DNA of 32,080 bases from contig JBHHVU010000037.1 of the NCBI GenBank assembly GCA_046754465.1, positions 1-32,080 of the forward strand, given 5' to 3'. This document shows, one piece after another, positions 1 to 7,761 of this stretch. Origin of the DNA: Nitrospinaceae bacterium (GTDB taxonomy: Bacteria > Nitrospinota > Nitrospinia > Nitrospinales > VA-1). The notes beneath the pieces were generated by a model that searched no databases, had not been told where the DNA came from, and saw only the letters and a program-made list of their open reading frames with translations. How positions within the stretch are numbered: the stretch's first letter is position 1; each line of letters starts with the position of its first letter. A program made the position numbers and the translations under genes.

Positions 1-200
1 GCGGCGAACCGCCGCTGGTGGTATTGCCATACTTTATATGACGGACTGAGGTGGGTGGGCGATGATACCTGGACCTAACTCCCTTCGGGCGTGGCCCGGG
101 GCGGAGTGGCTCCGCAGGCAGATGGACAAGCGTTATATGGCGGACTGAGGTGGGCTGGCGATGATGCTATGACCCATCACCCTCCCCCGTGGGGGGTGGC
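1..200 (+). repeat. Two tandem ~100-bp imperfect repeat units (small hairpin plus 33-bp core); may continue left of the window
   Basis: Cores 34-66 TTATATGACGGACTGAGGTGGGTGGGCGATGAT and 133-165 TTATATGGCGGACTGAGGTGGGCTGGCGATGAT (30/33 identical). Hairpins GCGGCG-AAC-CGCCGC (1-15) and GCGGAG-TGG-CTCCGC (101-115). Confidence 0.75.
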
Positions 201-1067
201 TTGGGGAAGGAGTTGATTTCCCTTGAAGATGATGGTGGAACCGGGCCTCATTTCCAGGAAGCGGAGGCCCATTTTTTGAAGTGTCTTGGCGAAACCCTTG
301 GTGGAGGCGTTCAAAACGGGAAAGGTGCCGAAATGATGCGGAACGAAGATTTTAGCCTGAACAGCCCTGGCCGCCTTGGCTGCCATGTCCGGTTCCATGC
401 CGAAATGGCCCCCGATGTTGATCAGGGCGAGATCTGGATGATAAGTTTCTCCGATGAGTTTCATATCCTGGAAATAAGCCGTGTCCCCGGTATGGTAAAT
501 GGTTGGGCCATCCTTGATTTTCAAAATGATTCCGGCGGGGTTTCCTCCGTAAACGATATCCGGGTCGTTTTCACCCGCCTTGGGATTCCTCATGCCGCTG
601 GAATGGACCGCCGGAGTGAGAGCAACAGTGACCTCATCCGCGGCGATGGAAATTTCTCCTCCGATATTCATTAAGGAGTCGAACCCCATCTGTTTTTTGG
701 GATATCCCAGCAACTTGGCTATGTTGGCTCCCAATTCGAAATTGGTCACCAGGCGGGCTCCCGTTTTCCGGGCCAGTTCCACCGAATTGCCGACGTGATC
801 GAAATGTCCGTGAGTGAGGAGAATGTAATCCAGCTTTTTTACGGCGGCGATGGGATCCTTGTTATCTTGCACCTTGGGATTGGCCGAGTTTTTCAGCCAG
901 GGATCGATCATCAACACGTTTCCCAACGGGGTCACGATTTCGAATGCCGAATGACCATGCCAGGTCACCTGGGTGTTGCCGGCCAGCGCCGGGCGTATCC
1001 CCACCCACAGCAGAAATATCAAGAGCAGAGAAAATGATTGGATGAAAGCCCCCATGGGTCCCCTCAT
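177..1067 (-). CDS. Metal-dependent hydrolase, metallo-beta-lactamase fold (UPF0173/UlaG-like), with signal peptide
   Basis: TWHGHSAF, IDPW, THGHFDH (HxHxDH), HTGDT, IGGHFGM and PHHFGTF motifs; hydrophobic N-terminus ending ALA. The start could be ATG 1055. Confidence 0.85.
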   Translation of the reverse strand: MRGPMGAFIQSFSLLLIFLLWVGIRPALAGNTQVTWHGHSAFEIVTPLGNVLMIDPWLKNSANPKVQDNKDPIAAVKKLDYILLTHGHFDHVGNSVELARKTGARLVTNFELGANIAKLLGYPKKQMGFDSLMNIGGEISIAADEVTVALTPAVHSSGMRNPKAGENDPDIVYGGNPAGIILKIKDGPTIYHTGDTAYFQDMKLIGETYHPDLALINIGGHFGMEPDMAAKAARAVQAKIFVPHHFGTFPVLNASTKGFAKTLQKMGLRFLEMRPGSTIIFKGNQLLPQATPHGGG

Positions 1068-1222
1068 GTGCGGATGGGTGAAAAAGGAAATACCTTACCA
1101 CACCCGGGAATGGCCCGCCAAGTCTTCGCGATAAAAAATCTGGGGTGACTCGCCGTCTGTTTCAGCCTCCAAATTCCCCCTGCAAATCACACTTCACCCA
1201 AACCTTCACAAGCGCCTGCAAC

Positions 1223-2326
1223 TCATTTCAGATCGAGGGTCACCACGATCCCGCCCATGACGTCATTCAACTTGAAATCCTTCCGGGGGCTTTTGGGATG
1301 TGAATTATGACATTGAACGCATCCCGGCGTGACGGCAAAATCCGGGTAAATGGCCTGGAAAAATTGCTTCTTCCCGATCCGGGTTTTACCAATGAAGGGG
1401 CGGACCGGGTGAATGTCGATGAATTCCAGTCCTTTTCGTTCAAACTCATTGGCCGGTCCATTCCGGGAATGGATGGGCCAAAGACTGATCAATCGAAAAT
1501 CCACCCCCGCCCTGTTTTTTTCCACCAGTTGGGATGCCTTCAAAAGGAATTGAGCCGGGAGTGGCAAGCTGTTCTCCAGCCACCAATGTTCGGAGGCCTC
1601 CATGATGTTATTATTTTTCAAACGGTCAACCACGTGTTTCGAATAGATGGTCCGGTCCGCTTCCAAAATGGAATGCACATAATCCGACACCACCTCCGGA
1701 GGTAACATATTTTTTTCCGATTCCGATTTCTTGCCGTGCCGTCCCAGGGGCAGGTTGATGAGGATGCCTCCCATGACATCCCCGAGCTTGAAATCATTTC
1801 GGGGGCTGTCTGGGTGCTGATTATGGCAGGAGGCGCAGGAATCCGAAGTGGCGGTGTCCGGATAAACCGCCTGGAAATACCAGATCCCACCCACCTTCAC
1901 GATCCAGGTGAACGGTTCCTCGGGGTTTTTAGACACTTCCTGGAGCCCCAACCTTTCGATTTCCGATTTCGGAGAGTTCTTTTTATTGATGGGCCAGAGA
2001 CTCGTCAACCGGTACTTCATCCCAATACCCCCTTCGTTGGAGATTTTGGATGCCATCAGCAGAAATTGAGCCGGCAGAAGCAGAGTGTTTTCCTGCTTCC
2101 AATGTTCCGTGGCCCGAAGGGAAGTCCTTTTTGCCAGGCGGTCCACGATATCATCCGCGTAAACTCTTCGGTCCGCCTGAATGACGGCGTGGATGTAATC
2201 GGCGGCCATTCTTGGCGAGAGGCCGGTCGTTTCACCTTCGGGATTGGCAAGCACCGGAACGGAATGACATAAGAGAACGGTAGCTAAAGTAAACCAAAGG
2301 AAATTGGAGAATTTTCGAATATTCAT
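1223..2326 (-). CDS. Exported diheme c-type cytochrome with two tandem Tll0287-like (DUF3365) domains
   Basis: Signal peptide; two homologous halves, each ending CxxCH (CASCH, CVQCH) followed by FKL(G/N)DVMGGI; SLWPI motif present in both. Confidence 0.85.
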   Translation of the reverse strand: MNIRKFSNFLWFTLATVLLCHSVPVLANPEGETTGLSPRMAADYIHAVIQADRRVYADDIVDRLAKRTSLRATEHWKQENTLLLPAQFLLMASKISNEGGIGMKYRLTSLWPINKKNSPKSEIERLGLQEVSKNPEEPFTWIVKVGGIWYFQAVYPDTATSDSCASCHNQHPDSPRNDFKLGDVMGGILINLPLGRHGKKSESEKNMLPPEVVSDYVHSILEADRTIYSKHVVDRLKNNNIMEASEHWWLENSLPLPAQFLLKASQLVEKNRAGVDFRLISLWPIHSRNGPANEFERKGLEFIDIHPVRPFIGKTRIGKKQFFQAIYPDFAVTPGCVQCHNSHPKSPRKDFKLNDVMGGIVVTLDLK

Positions 2327-2524
2327 AGCGCTAATCCTCTTTTGGGTGGAGATTCCATTGGATTGTATTGGGTAAATGGAATGGTATGCTCAATATATAT
2401 CCCGCCCCAAACCCCCGCAACGGGTCCGGGAAAATATCCAGGCGGGTAACCTCCTGGTTGAAATGTTGAAATAAAGGTTTTGGGAGGATGGGGTCCGGAG
2501 GGTGGGAGGAGGATAGGCGGTATC

Positions 2525-2551
2525 GCCATCGCCCGTTCACCTTGGTGCGCC
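2525..2551 (-). repeat. Degenerate copy of the repeat core seen at 34-66 and 133-165
   Basis: Reverse complement GGCGCACCAAGGTGAACGGGCGATGGC vs GGCGGACTGAGGTGGGCTGGCGATGAT. Confidence 0.5.
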
Positions 2552-2767
2552 TGATCAATTTGGCGGAAAGTATTAAGCCCCCTTTTGCAAAGGGGGAGAA
2601 AATTGATCTTTTCTCTCCCTCAGGGGCACCCACGGAGTGACGGGCTGGGTGAGGGTGGTTTGACGGGATTTATAGCTTTGTCATAATGGGCATTTCCCTG
2701 AAACACGGCTCCAACAAGAAAAGGGTATTTTAGTTGTAGCTAAGAAAGAATTTGACCCCTTAGTAAC

Positions 2768-3139
2768 TTAGTCGGGTAACTCGTGCTCCGTCGCGATCCC
2801 GTGGTCCGTGACCGATTCGAGAATGCGATATCCCGGTTCAATATATACCGGGTTGCCCCGCAGTTCCCTGCCGTCCTGAAATTGGATGACCAGGGTGAAG
2901 CGGTCTTCGCCCTCGTTATGAAATTTGATCGTCAATTGCGAGCCCCTTTGGATGCCGCGCAGATGGATATTTTTCCCCGTCCTGGCGGTTTTCAGTTGAA
3001 TGGAGGAAATCGATTGATCGGCCTTGTTTATGACAACCACCTCCACGTTTGGATTCGTGTTGTCGTCGAACTTGGCCAGCCCTAAACCGGAAACGACGCC
3101 CGCGATGAAAATTAACAGGTACCAGAAGATAGGTTTCAT
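2768..3139 (-). CDS. Hypothetical membrane-anchored or exported protein
   Basis: 123-aa ORF with an N-terminal hydrophobic helix and a beta-rich remainder; no recognised motif. Confidence 0.7.
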   Translation of the reverse strand: MKPIFWYLLIFIAGVVSGLGLAKFDDNTNPNVEVVVINKADQSISSIQLKTARTGKNIHLRGIQRGSQLTIKFHNEGEDRFTLVIQFQDGRELRGNPVYIEPGYRILESVTDHGIATEHELPD

Positions 3140-3324
3140 GATCCATGATCCCGTGACGGATTAATATAAGGGGGTGGGAACGGGCCACCCACCCCGGCTT
3201 GGGGTTTGGATCTCCTCGCGGATTTCCAAACGGGGAAAATTTCATTTAAAACTTTTCCGGGCCGGGGCCATCCAAAAAATAGATTCTTCAAATTCCATCC
3301 TGTAAAACCATTATGGAGGCATTC

Positions 3325-3636
3325 ATGACCGCCTTTCAAGAATTAGGTGTCGAGCAGGTCCAGGAAATGCTGAATGGCCGGGAGGTGAATATCGTGGATA
3401 TTCGCGATCCCGCTTCCTATACCAGCGGCCATCTTCCCAGCGCCGTCTCCTTAAGCGACGATACTGTCAAGGATTACATCGAAAACTCCGACAAGGAGCG
3501 GCCGTTGATTGTCTACTGCTACCACGGGATTTCCAGTCAGGGAGCCGCGGCGTATTTTTCCCAACAGGGATTCAAGGAAGTGTACAGCATGCGGGGCGGA
3601 TTCGCCGCCTGGCCCATCGCTTATCCCCGAGAATGA
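3325..3636 (+). CDS. glpE: Thiosulfate sulfurtransferase GlpE (single-domain rhodanese)
   Basis: VDIRD, GHLP, active-site CYHGISS, and GFKEVYSMRGGF motifs. GGAGG at 3315-3319 favours ATG 3325 over 3313. Confidence 0.88.
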   Translation: MTAFQELGVEQVQEMLNGREVNIVDIRDPASYTSGHLPSAVSLSDDTVKDYIENSDKERPLIVYCYHGISSQGAAAYFSQQGFKEVYSMRGGFAAWPIAYPRE

Positions 3637-3658
3637 GCGGTGCCGCGCTTGGTTTGGC

Positions 3659-4543
3659 TCAAGGCCGGCCCATCCACGTGTGCCAGTCGTCACCGATCAT
3701 CCCCTTGTCCTTGTACCGCCGCATGGCGTCGGGGCAGTGGCAGGCGCGGTCAATCCCCGCCAGCGCTTGAAAGCAATTTTTCAAAAGGCCGGGGAATCGG
3801 CGAATGGAATCTTCCACGGCGTGGTGTTCCTCCGGCGTTTGCATCCCTTCAAAAAGTTTTCCTTTTTTATATTCCCGGGGCGCTACGCCTTCGGCGAAGT
3901 TGGTGAGGTAGCAGATGGAGGCGTAGCACATTTCGAGCTCGCGCGCGAGGAACGCCTCTGGAACAAGGGTCATGCCCACAAGGTCCGCGCCCAGAATCCG
4001 GAACTTCCGGATCTCCGCCGGGGATTCCAGACGGGGTCCCTCGGTGCAAACGTAAACCGCGCGGCCATGGTGGACGATCCCGGCCTGGTGGAGGCAATCG
4101 TGCAGAGCCCGCCGGACTTGCGGACAGAAGGGTTCGCTTTGCCGGATGAATCCGATCCCCGTGTTTTTAAAAAAGGTGGTTTCCCGCTTGCGGGTTTCGT
4201 CGATGACATCGTCGGGCACCACCATCTCCCCGGGTTTGAAGGCGGTGTTGATGATGCCGGGTCCGGACCAGGAGACGATACGCTCGGCGCCGCATTCCTT
4301 TAAGGCGTAAATGTTGGCGCGGTAGTTCACGAACGGCGCGGTCAGGAGGTAATCGGTCTCCCCATGCCGGGATAAAAAGAGGAACTCCACCTCGCCAGAG
4401 GTGAATCGGTGAATCGGGGCGCTGGGACCGAACGGGGTGTCGAGGGTCCGGCAATCGGTTTCCTCGCCGAGGGCGCCGTCGGCGAAAAGCTGATAAGCGC
4501 CGCTTCCTCCAATCACAGCGAACGGAACCTGGATTGTTTCCAT
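3659..4543 (-). CDS. mtnP: MTAP-family nucleoside phosphorylase (S-methyl-5'-thioadenosine/thioinosine phosphorylase)
   Basis: IGGSG, TPFG, LSRHG, VNYRANIYALK, EGPRLES-AE, DLVGMT-VPEAFLARE motifs. Confidence 0.85.
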   Translation of the reverse strand: METIQVPFAVIGGSGAYQLFADGALGEETDCRTLDTPFGPSAPIHRFTSGEVEFLFLSRHGETDYLLTAPFVNYRANIYALKECGAERIVSWSGPGIINTAFKPGEMVVPDDVIDETRKRETTFFKNTGIGFIRQSEPFCPQVRRALHDCLHQAGIVHHGRAVYVCTEGPRLESPAEIRKFRILGADLVGMTLVPEAFLARELEMCYASICYLTNFAEGVAPREYKKGKLFEGMQTPEEHHAVEDSIRRFPGLLKNCFQALAGIDRACHCPDAMRRYKDKGMIGDDWHTWMGRP

Positions 4544-4560
4544 ATATCCTTTCAGCCGGG

Positions 4561-5067
4561 TCAGTCGAGGTAGGTTTCGATGTCGCCGACGTAATGAGCG
4601 GCGGATTCACGGATACCGCGGATCTCTTCCTCCGTCAGTTCCCGTTTCACCTTGGCGGGAGATCCCAGGACCAGGCTGCGCGGGGGGATGCGGGTATTCG
4701 TGGTCAAAAGCGCCCCGGCGCCGACGATCGAATTTTCACCCACCTCCGCCCCATCCATGATGATGGCTCCCATCCCAATCAGGCACCGGGAGCCGATCGT
4801 GCAGGCGTGCAGCGTCACGTTGTGACCCACGGTCACCTCATCGCCAATGATCAGGGGATGCGTCCTGCGCGCGACGTGGAGGACGCATCCATCCTGGATA
4901 TTGGTGTGGTTCCCGATGCGGATGTAGTTGACGTCTCCGCGAATTACCGCGTTGAACCATACACTGCTTTCCTCGCCGATGACGACGTCGCCGATCACCT
5001 GGGCGCTCTCCATGACCAGCGATGATGAGTCAATACTCGGTGTTTTTTCCTTGAACGGATGAATCAT
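4561..5067 (-). CDS. Gamma-carbonic anhydrase family protein (YrdA/CaiE-like)
   Basis: Hexapeptide repeats; RGDVN, TNIQD and the three metal-binding His (LHV, GHN, LHA). Confidence 0.9.
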   Translation of the reverse strand: MIHPFKEKTPSIDSSSLVMESAQVIGDVVIGEESSVWFNAVIRGDVNYIRIGNHTNIQDGCVLHVARRTHPLIIGDEVTVGHNVTLHACTIGSRCLIGMGAIIMDGAEVGENSIVGAGALLTTNTRIPPRSLVLGSPAKVKRELTEEEIRGIRESAAHYVGDIETYLD

Positions 5068-5212
5068 GTTTTCCTTCCACGGTTGTTGGATTCAAGGTTA
5101 TGCCCTGGGTCCGGTGTCTGGAGGGAAATCGAGGGCCCGAACGGGATATTTTGACGTTTTTTCAAAAAAAGGTCCATTATTAAAATATGTATGTGGCCCG
5201 AGGGAAAACCCG

Positions 5213-6022
5213 TCATCCGGAATTATTGGTTTCCTGCGTCCGGCGGGCATCCGGCCCCGGCGATTTTGCCCTCGGTGCGGATTGGCGGTGATGAACCTCC
5301 CGAATGAGCTGATGGCATTTTTGGGCGAGAATCCTCCGATCAGTCTCCCCGGAGACGGGTGGGAGGATGTGGGCCGTCGCTTCCAGCCGAGGGTTTCTCA
5401 ACAAACGCAGGATATGCTGAAAGAAGGACGTTTCAACCCAGCAGGCGATGGAGGGTGTGTTGCCGTCGTGATAAACGATGGTGACCGGCTGCACAGGCCG
5501 GCCGGCGCGAATGGCCGCTTCGAAGGGGGACGATTTGAACGGAATCACGTCCCGCCCGTCGGTGGCCTCCGCTTCGGGAAACACGATGACCGAACACCCC
5601 TCCCGCAGGCGTTGGGTCATTTCCGCGACGATACTTTTGACCTGATGCCGTTTGCTCCGGTCGGCGAAGATTGTATCGCCTAATCGGGCCATCCAGTTGA
5701 ACAGCGGCCATCCGGCGATTTCCGCCTTGGAGACATAAAACGCAGGGAAACAGGAACCCAGGATGAAAATATCCGGCGTTCCCACATGGTTGGAAACGAT
5801 GAGGGACCCGGCGGCGGGGGTGAGGGCTCCCGCGTGCCGGACCCGGATGTTAAATACAAGACAGGAAAACCGAGCCCAATGCCGGGTAAACCGGGTGATG
5901 TAAAGCGCGCGCCGCCTTTTCGGCAGAAACGGCGCCACCTTCAGCACCGTACCGATCAGGGCGAATCCCAGGTACCCGAAAAAAACCGCGGCGGTTCTGC
6001 CGATCGCGAGTAAATTTCCCAT
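5213..6022 (-). CDS. plsC: Lysophospholipid acyltransferase (PlsC/LPLAT family)
   Basis: NHVGTPD (HX4D), KAEI..WP, FADR, VFPEA and PFKS motifs. ATG 6022 lies 9 nt after the upstream stop. Confidence 0.8.
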   Translation of the reverse strand: MGNLLAIGRTAAVFFGYLGFALIGTVLKVAPFLPKRRRALYITRFTRHWARFSCLVFNIRVRHAGALTPAAGSLIVSNHVGTPDIFILGSCFPAFYVSKAEIAGWPLFNWMARLGDTIFADRSKRHQVKSIVAEMTQRLREGCSVIVFPEAEATDGRDVIPFKSSPFEAAIRAGRPVQPVTIVYHDGNTPSIACWVETSFFQHILRLLRNPRLEATAHILPPVSGETDRRILAQKCHQLIREVHHRQSAPRAKSPGPDARRTQETNNSG

Positions 6023-6030
6023 ACGTTGGA

Positions 6031-6825
6031 TTAAAAAAAACCGGGGCTTTTTTTCCGGACCGGAATCAAATCGCAAAAGGCCAGGCGGCCCAGGTTGGTC
6101 AGGAGGGCCGCCGCGGTGGAGAAGCGGCCGACCACCGCCGCGGGTTCGCCCTTCAGGACGCGGATCATCTCCCCGGTCACCAGCGACCAGGCCTTGTGAC
6201 TGTGGAACAGGCTGAAATGGATTTTATCGACGCCGCAAAATTCCTTCATATCCGGGAGAAGATGGATACGCCCGCCCGCCGCATCGCGCAAAAACCCGTT
6301 GATCTCCCGAACCGCGGCGGCGGCCTGCAAACGCCCGACCGGGCTGTGGGGGAAAAACAGGCCCCGCAGCAGGTCAAACTGAAATTCCGTCACGCCGGTT
6401 TCCAGGTCCACCGGAATACGGGTCACGAACACGTCCGCTTCCAGGGCCCGGAAGTCCCGGAGAAGGGTTTCCAGGCAGGCGATGATTTCCCCCACGGGCA
6501 CATTGTACATAATATCGTTTCCGATATCAGTCACCAACGCGATTTTGCGGGCTGCCTTGCGGGCCGGGTCCTTGGCGGCGGCAAGAATACCGCAGGACCC
6601 GATGGGAGGATAAGTGATATTGAAGATGCCGCCCCGGGCCTTGTAGGCCCGGCCGGGACCCATGGCGCTTAAAAATTCAACAGGACGGGGACGCAGGCAA
6701 CGGGTCAGGCAGTGCACCACGGCATCGTAGGCGCGGGCGAGGTTGCTGGCTCCCAGCAGAATGAAAAGTGCCGGCGGCGGTAACGAAGTGACAGGCCCCC
6801 GGGAGGGAGGAGATGCCGTGAGCAT
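6031..6825 (-). CDS. SGNH/GDSL-hydrolase-like protein
   Basis: LLGASN (block I Ser), TDIGND (block III), DKIH (DxxH block V). Confidence 0.6.
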   Translation of the reverse strand: MLTASPPSRGPVTSLPPPALFILLGASNLARAYDAVVHCLTRCLRPRPVEFLSAMGPGRAYKARGGIFNITYPPIGSCGILAAAKDPARKAARKIALVTDIGNDIMYNVPVGEIIACLETLLRDFRALEADVFVTRIPVDLETGVTEFQFDLLRGLFFPHSPVGRLQAAAAVREINGFLRDAAGGRIHLLPDMKEFCGVDKIHFSLFHSHKAWSLVTGEMIRVLKGEPAAVVGRFSTAAALLTNLGRLAFCDLIPVRKKSPGFF

Positions 6826-6834
6826 TCCCGTCCG

Positions 6835-7761
6835 TCAAGGAAGGGACCGGTATTCCAGGGGAACCCCGGCCCGTGAGGCACGAAGATTGAGCTGCCGGTG
6901 CAGGTCCTCGTAAAATGCGACCATTTTTTCCATGTTCCCTGCCTTGGGATGCTGGACGGATTCCAGCTTTTTCGCCTCTTTCTGGAATTCCCGGATCTTG
7001 TTCGCGTAGTTGAGGAACCGGGCTTTCCACCAGACCGCGGGTTTTCCCTCCCAGGTTTGGCCTCCGGGTTCAGTGAGGGGCTTGAGAATCATGCGCGAAT
7101 GGGTCTGGTCCATCTCCACCTTGAAATCGCTCAAAAAGCTCATGCCGAGCAATCCGTCCAGTTCGCCCAGTTGGGTATTGATCCCCGCCTCGACCATTTG
7201 GCCCTTGGCGTCGCCGACCCGGAGGGTGTCCAGAGCGAGGATCGGCATCCACACCATGCCTCCCGCGGTGGTGAAGGGAATCTCCGGCGAGCCGTACCCG
7301 GCCCGGTGGCCCAGCTTTCTGGCGAGCTTGTCCGAAAGGATGACAAGGGAAGCGCCGGTATCCACCATGAGGCGCGCTTTCACCGAGTTGTTGAGGAGGG
7401 TCTCTACCATGAAATTACCTCCGGCGGTTGGAATCAGGGGAATGGTGTATTCTTGGCCGGCCCCCCGCCCGGAAGACCTACCTTCCCGTGGCGATGTTGC
7501 CAGGGGGGAGGATGCCGGAGGGGTAAAGGTGGGCCGGGGCGCGGACCGATACGTTTTCATTCCTTTTTCCTGGCTCCGGTACTTCTGGGGAATGCTGTGC
7601 AGGTTGTCGGTGAAATGAATATTTCCCTGATCGTCTTTCCAGGAATAGACCCCCGCCCCGCCGGATGAGGGGAAAAAACTCCACAGGAGCACAACCCCCG
7701 CCGCGGCAAGGAGCAAGGAACGCCGGAAATAACTCTTATTCGAATAAGATGGGTTTGACAT
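6835..7761 (-). CDS. Exported retropepsin-like aspartyl protease with N-terminal DUF4124-like domain
   Basis: Signal peptide; YSWKDDQGNIHFTD (DUF4124-like); Pro/Ser linker; MVDTGAS and GLLGMSFL clan AA motifs. The start is uncertain (7761 or 7785). Confidence 0.85.
   Translation of the reverse strand: MSNPSYSNKSYFRRSLLLAAAGVVLLWSFFPSSGGAGVYSWKDDQGNIHFTDNLHSIPQKYRSQEKGMKTYRSAPRPTFTPPASSPLATSPREGRSSGRGAGQEYTIPLIPTAGGNFMVETLLNNSVKARLMVDTGASLVILSDKLARKLGHRAGYGSPEIPFTTAGGMVWMPILALDTLRVGDAKGQMVEAGINTQLGELDGLLGMSFLSDFKVEMDQTHSRMILKPLTEPGGQTWEGKPAVWWKARFLNYANKIREFQKEAKKLESVQHPKAGNMEKMVAFYEDLHRQLNLRASRAGVPLEYRSLP

Noticed and set aside
34..165. CRISPR array from the two 33-bp repeats
   Set aside because: Only two copies, a 66-bp gap whose sequence resembles the flanks of the other copy, dispersed inverted copies elsewhere, and no cas genes.
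57..170. Fluoride riboswitch (GGCGATG start) or hammerhead core (CTGA)
   Set aside because: The pairing partner and downstream conserved elements are absent, and copies occur in both orientations relative to genes.
2323..2633. Small ORFs 2323-2529 and 2331-2633
   Set aside because: Low-complexity translations of repeat-containing intergenic DNA with no RBS or motif support.
5151..5180. Antisense sigma70 promoter TTGACG-N18-CATTAT driving ORF 5066-5683 or an antisense RNA
   Set aside because: Weak -10 match, it lies downstream of that ORF's start, and the ORF looks like a shadow of plsC.
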